A stretch of DNA of 64,000 nucleotides, from assembly GCF_009914755.1 (NCBI RefSeq), contig NC_060942.1; one strand, written 5' to 3'. The DNA is from the human T2T-CHM13v2.0 reference genome, Homo sapiens. The position numbers and the translations under genes are program-made. Of the stretch, positions 60,096 through 64,000 are shown in pieces; the stretch's first letter is position 1; every line of letters starts with the position of its first letter. Under the pieces are notes generated by a model. The model was not told the origin of the DNA, made no database searches, and saw only the letters and a list, made by a program, of their open reading frames with translations.

Positions 60096-61594
60096 TTAAG
60101 GGATTAGCATCAGTTACCATTTGCTCGGTGGGAGTAATTAACCTGGGTGGAAGGAGAAACCAAGGGGCACTAAGTGAGAAAACTCTGCAATTATAAAATA
60201 GTACGAATATAATGTTATTTATGCAAAAAATAAAAATAAAAACAAAACTAATATGAAGACATAAAGCCCCAAGGCGAACAGGTAAAAAGCCAAATGCAAA
60301 TGAGAAATGTCAACAAAAATCCCTGGAAGTGTAAAAAAGAAACCAACAAATGAAAACTGACTTAACAAAACTTTACAAAGCTAAAACATAAATCTGTTAA
60401 AGAAGAACACATAAATCTGTTAACATAAGAAGTAGCTAGTTTATGTTATAGAATCCAGGAAAGCTTGGGAATTGCAGGCACCAAATATTTCTAATGGCAG
60501 CAGTGTGGGGCTAAACACAGACACTGGTCTTAAAGTCTGGTAGACCCCACGAAGTCATCTACCTTGCCCAACACAACGGGGGAACCATCCCTCATGCATT
60601 AAGGCAAAAGGCTGGAGGTTTTAATCTCTAGATAGATTGAAACAGAGAAGTTACAGATGTGGAAATCTTAGGCGCTAATGAAACCCACTCACAGAACAAT
60701 GACCTCTCTACCCACTCCCATGGCCAGGATCTCAGAGAGCTAGCAGCACCCTCCCAAGTCATCCATTCTCACCATACACACCAGTCAGAGGAATGGAGGA
60801 ACCTTGCCTGTGGAAACTGACCCAAGAGTCCTAGTTATGTTATTTGGGGGTGTAGAAACAAAACACGTGGTTTCCATCTGAACACCCTACAGGAAGGCTC
60901 ACAAGCTGACAAGCTCCATCAGGGCACCCAGAGATTTTACCCAGCTTGTCAGGAGCTTATTCTTAAACATCAAAGTATAACTAAGATGAACTAGATATTT
61001 GAGGACCACAATAAATAGATACAAAAACAAATAAAAAAGGAAATTCGAAAAAAAAAACAAGGAAAACATAAAGTGAGGAAGATTTAAACCAAAAAGTTTT
61101 AAAAATAAACCTTTATTGAATATCCTTAGAGAGATCACAGAGGATCCATAAGATAAGAGTGCTATTGGAAAGTAGGGGGGAGCGTTCCCATTTCTGTGTA
61201 GAATGTAGAAAGCCACTGAAGACTGTTACTCGCTCCCTAACAATGATCATAAACTTTCTTGAGCCCACAGGAGATCTAAAGTTCCAAAGCAACAAAGTAA
61301 AGAGAAATCCAAAGAGGGACAGATAGAGAAACTCAAAGTATTTTGCCTGTAGCAGAGCATACGAGGAAGCAGTGATTCTATACAAGTGGGTAAAAAGAAA
61401 TCAGCTTACATTTTAGTAAAGACTTAAAGGCCAAGTGGGGCTAGCCTGTCAGTCTGGAATAATGGGCCTGCCCAAGTGCTCAAGGGAAAGGTTAGGAGTG
61501 AAGCACAAAACTGGAGAAAGCTCCCTTCCAGAGCACCAAAGGTAAAGAAAAAATGTTAAGGCAGCACAAGGAAAATAAAAAATACATTAAGGGT

Positions 61595-61873
<279 letters not shown>

Positions 61874-62242
61874 TTAAGGGGAACATAGGAACTACAGTAG
61901 ACTTCTACTCAGAAACTATGCAAGTCAGAAGATAAGACAGTGACACCTTAAAAAAAAAATGAACAGGAAACCTTTCAACCCAGAATTATATACCCAGCAA
62001 AAATGTCTGTACAATGTTAAGGCAAAATAAAGGCTTTTCCAGGCAAATAAAAACTGACATAATGCATTTCCACCAAATTTAAGCTACAGGAAATTATAAA
62101 GAAAGTTCTTCAGAGAGAAGGAACATAACACCAGATGGAAATTTGGATACATACAAAGACATAAAAAGTGCTGAAAATGGTGAACATAAAGGTAAAAATA
62201 AAATACACCTGCTTAATATAAATCACTGTAAAAGATAATGTC

Positions 62243-62574
<332 letters not shown>

Positions 62575-63855
62575 CTAAAACAAATACGGTAACAGCCTTT
62601 ACGAGATATAGAACATATAGAAGGTAAAATTGCTTTTACTTCATGTTTTCCTTATTTGCTCATTTTATAAGAAAAATAGTCATCTAGAACTAAAGACAAC
62701 AAGAGGAGAAATGGCAGGAAAGAAAATGGAAATAAACTGTTGTACTATGGGAACAGCTATACTATTTCTCACACTGTGGGAAAAGTGATATAATAAAGTA
62801 GACTGCGATAATAGGTATATCATAAACTGTAGAGCAACTGATAAATATTTTTAAGAGGCATAATTAAAAAGTCAATACTGAAGGTAAAATGGAAGCATTA
62901 AATAATACCCAATAAAATCTTTAAAAAGTCAGGAAAATATTTAAAAAAACCAAAACCATAATGGATAAATAGAACACTAACACCAAGATGAGGGATTTAA
63001 ATTCAGTCATACACATAAATATGTTACATATTTTTGGAAACCCACTTTAAATATAAATATACAAATAGGTAAATTGTAGGTTAAAAAGTATGGAAAAAGA
63101 TATGCAATACAAGCATTAATCAAAAGAAAGTTAAAATGGCTAAAGAAATGTTACCAGGGATGAAAAAGAAAAATACATAAAAATAAAGGGGACAATTCTT
63201 TAAGAGAACAAAATCATTCTATAAGTGTGTGCACCTAATAAGAGTGCTTCAAAATATACAAAGCAAAAAACTATAGAATAAAAAGGGGAAATACACAAAT
63301 CCACACTTACAGATGACTTAATCCTCTCTCAGTAATCAATGGAAAAAGTAAACAGAAAATTGGTAAGAACACAGAAGACATGAACAACACTCAACCGACT
63401 TGAACTAATTGATTATTGATGGAACACTCCACCCAACAACAGCAAAATACACATTGTTTTCATGGATGTGTAACATTCACAAGAAAAAACACATTCTGAG
63501 CCATGGAGGGGAAAATTATGTTTTAAAGAACTGAAATAATACAAAGTACATTGTTTGATAACAAAATTAAATTAGCAAAATTGAATTCATAGCTAAAACC
63601 TTCCCAGAAACAAAACCTCAAGCCCAGATGGCTTCACTTATGACTTTTACCAAATACTTCAAGAATAAATAATACTAATTTTAAACCTGCTGTTCCAGAA
63701 AATGTACACCAAGAGAGGAATATTTCCAATTCATTTGTGAGATCACCATTTTCTGATACAAAAACCAGTTTTAAAAATTAAGAAAAGAAAACTCCAGACA
63801 AATATCCTTCACAAATATGGGTGTTAAAATCAATAAACTGCAAGGAAATCAAATC

Positions 63856-64000
63856 ATAACTCACTCCAGCCTAGAACTCCTGGGCTCAAGCGATCCTCCC
63901 ACCTCAGTTTCTGAGTAGCTGGGACTGCAGGTGCATGCCGCCACACCTAGCTAATTTTTTTTTAATAGAGATATAGTCTTGCCATGTTGCCCAGTCTGGT
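63856..64000 (-). mobile_element. AluJ, partial (runs off the window)
   Basis: aactcctgggctcaagcgatcctcccacctcag...gccatgttgcccagtctggt. Confidence 0.88.

Overview
Human (or great-ape) genomic DNA, repeat-rich and AT-rich, lying entirely inside a minus-strand gene recognised as L3MBTL4 (MBT-repeat methyl-lysine reader, human 18p11). Three coding exons are visible: 51862-51947, 49261-49371 and 7936-8050. They have canonical AG/GT sites and compatible phases, and encode the third MBT repeat. The rest is intronic: a near-full-length but ORF-disrupted L1PA4-like element (1-5960, antisense to the gene), about 14 Alu-family inserts, old L1M/L2/MIR fragments, solo LTRs and hAT DNA transposons. There is no prokaryotic-type system. 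The best leads are (i) an open L1 ORF0 whose first splice donor is in the same phase as the host intron, predicting an in-frame ORF0-L3MBTL4 C-terminal fusion and possible gene-breaking at the MBT domain boundary; (ii) a perfect 43-bp-stem hairpin in unique intronic DNA; (iii) several template-switch scars. Repeat subfamily names are from recall of consensus sequences and old-repeat boundaries are approximate.
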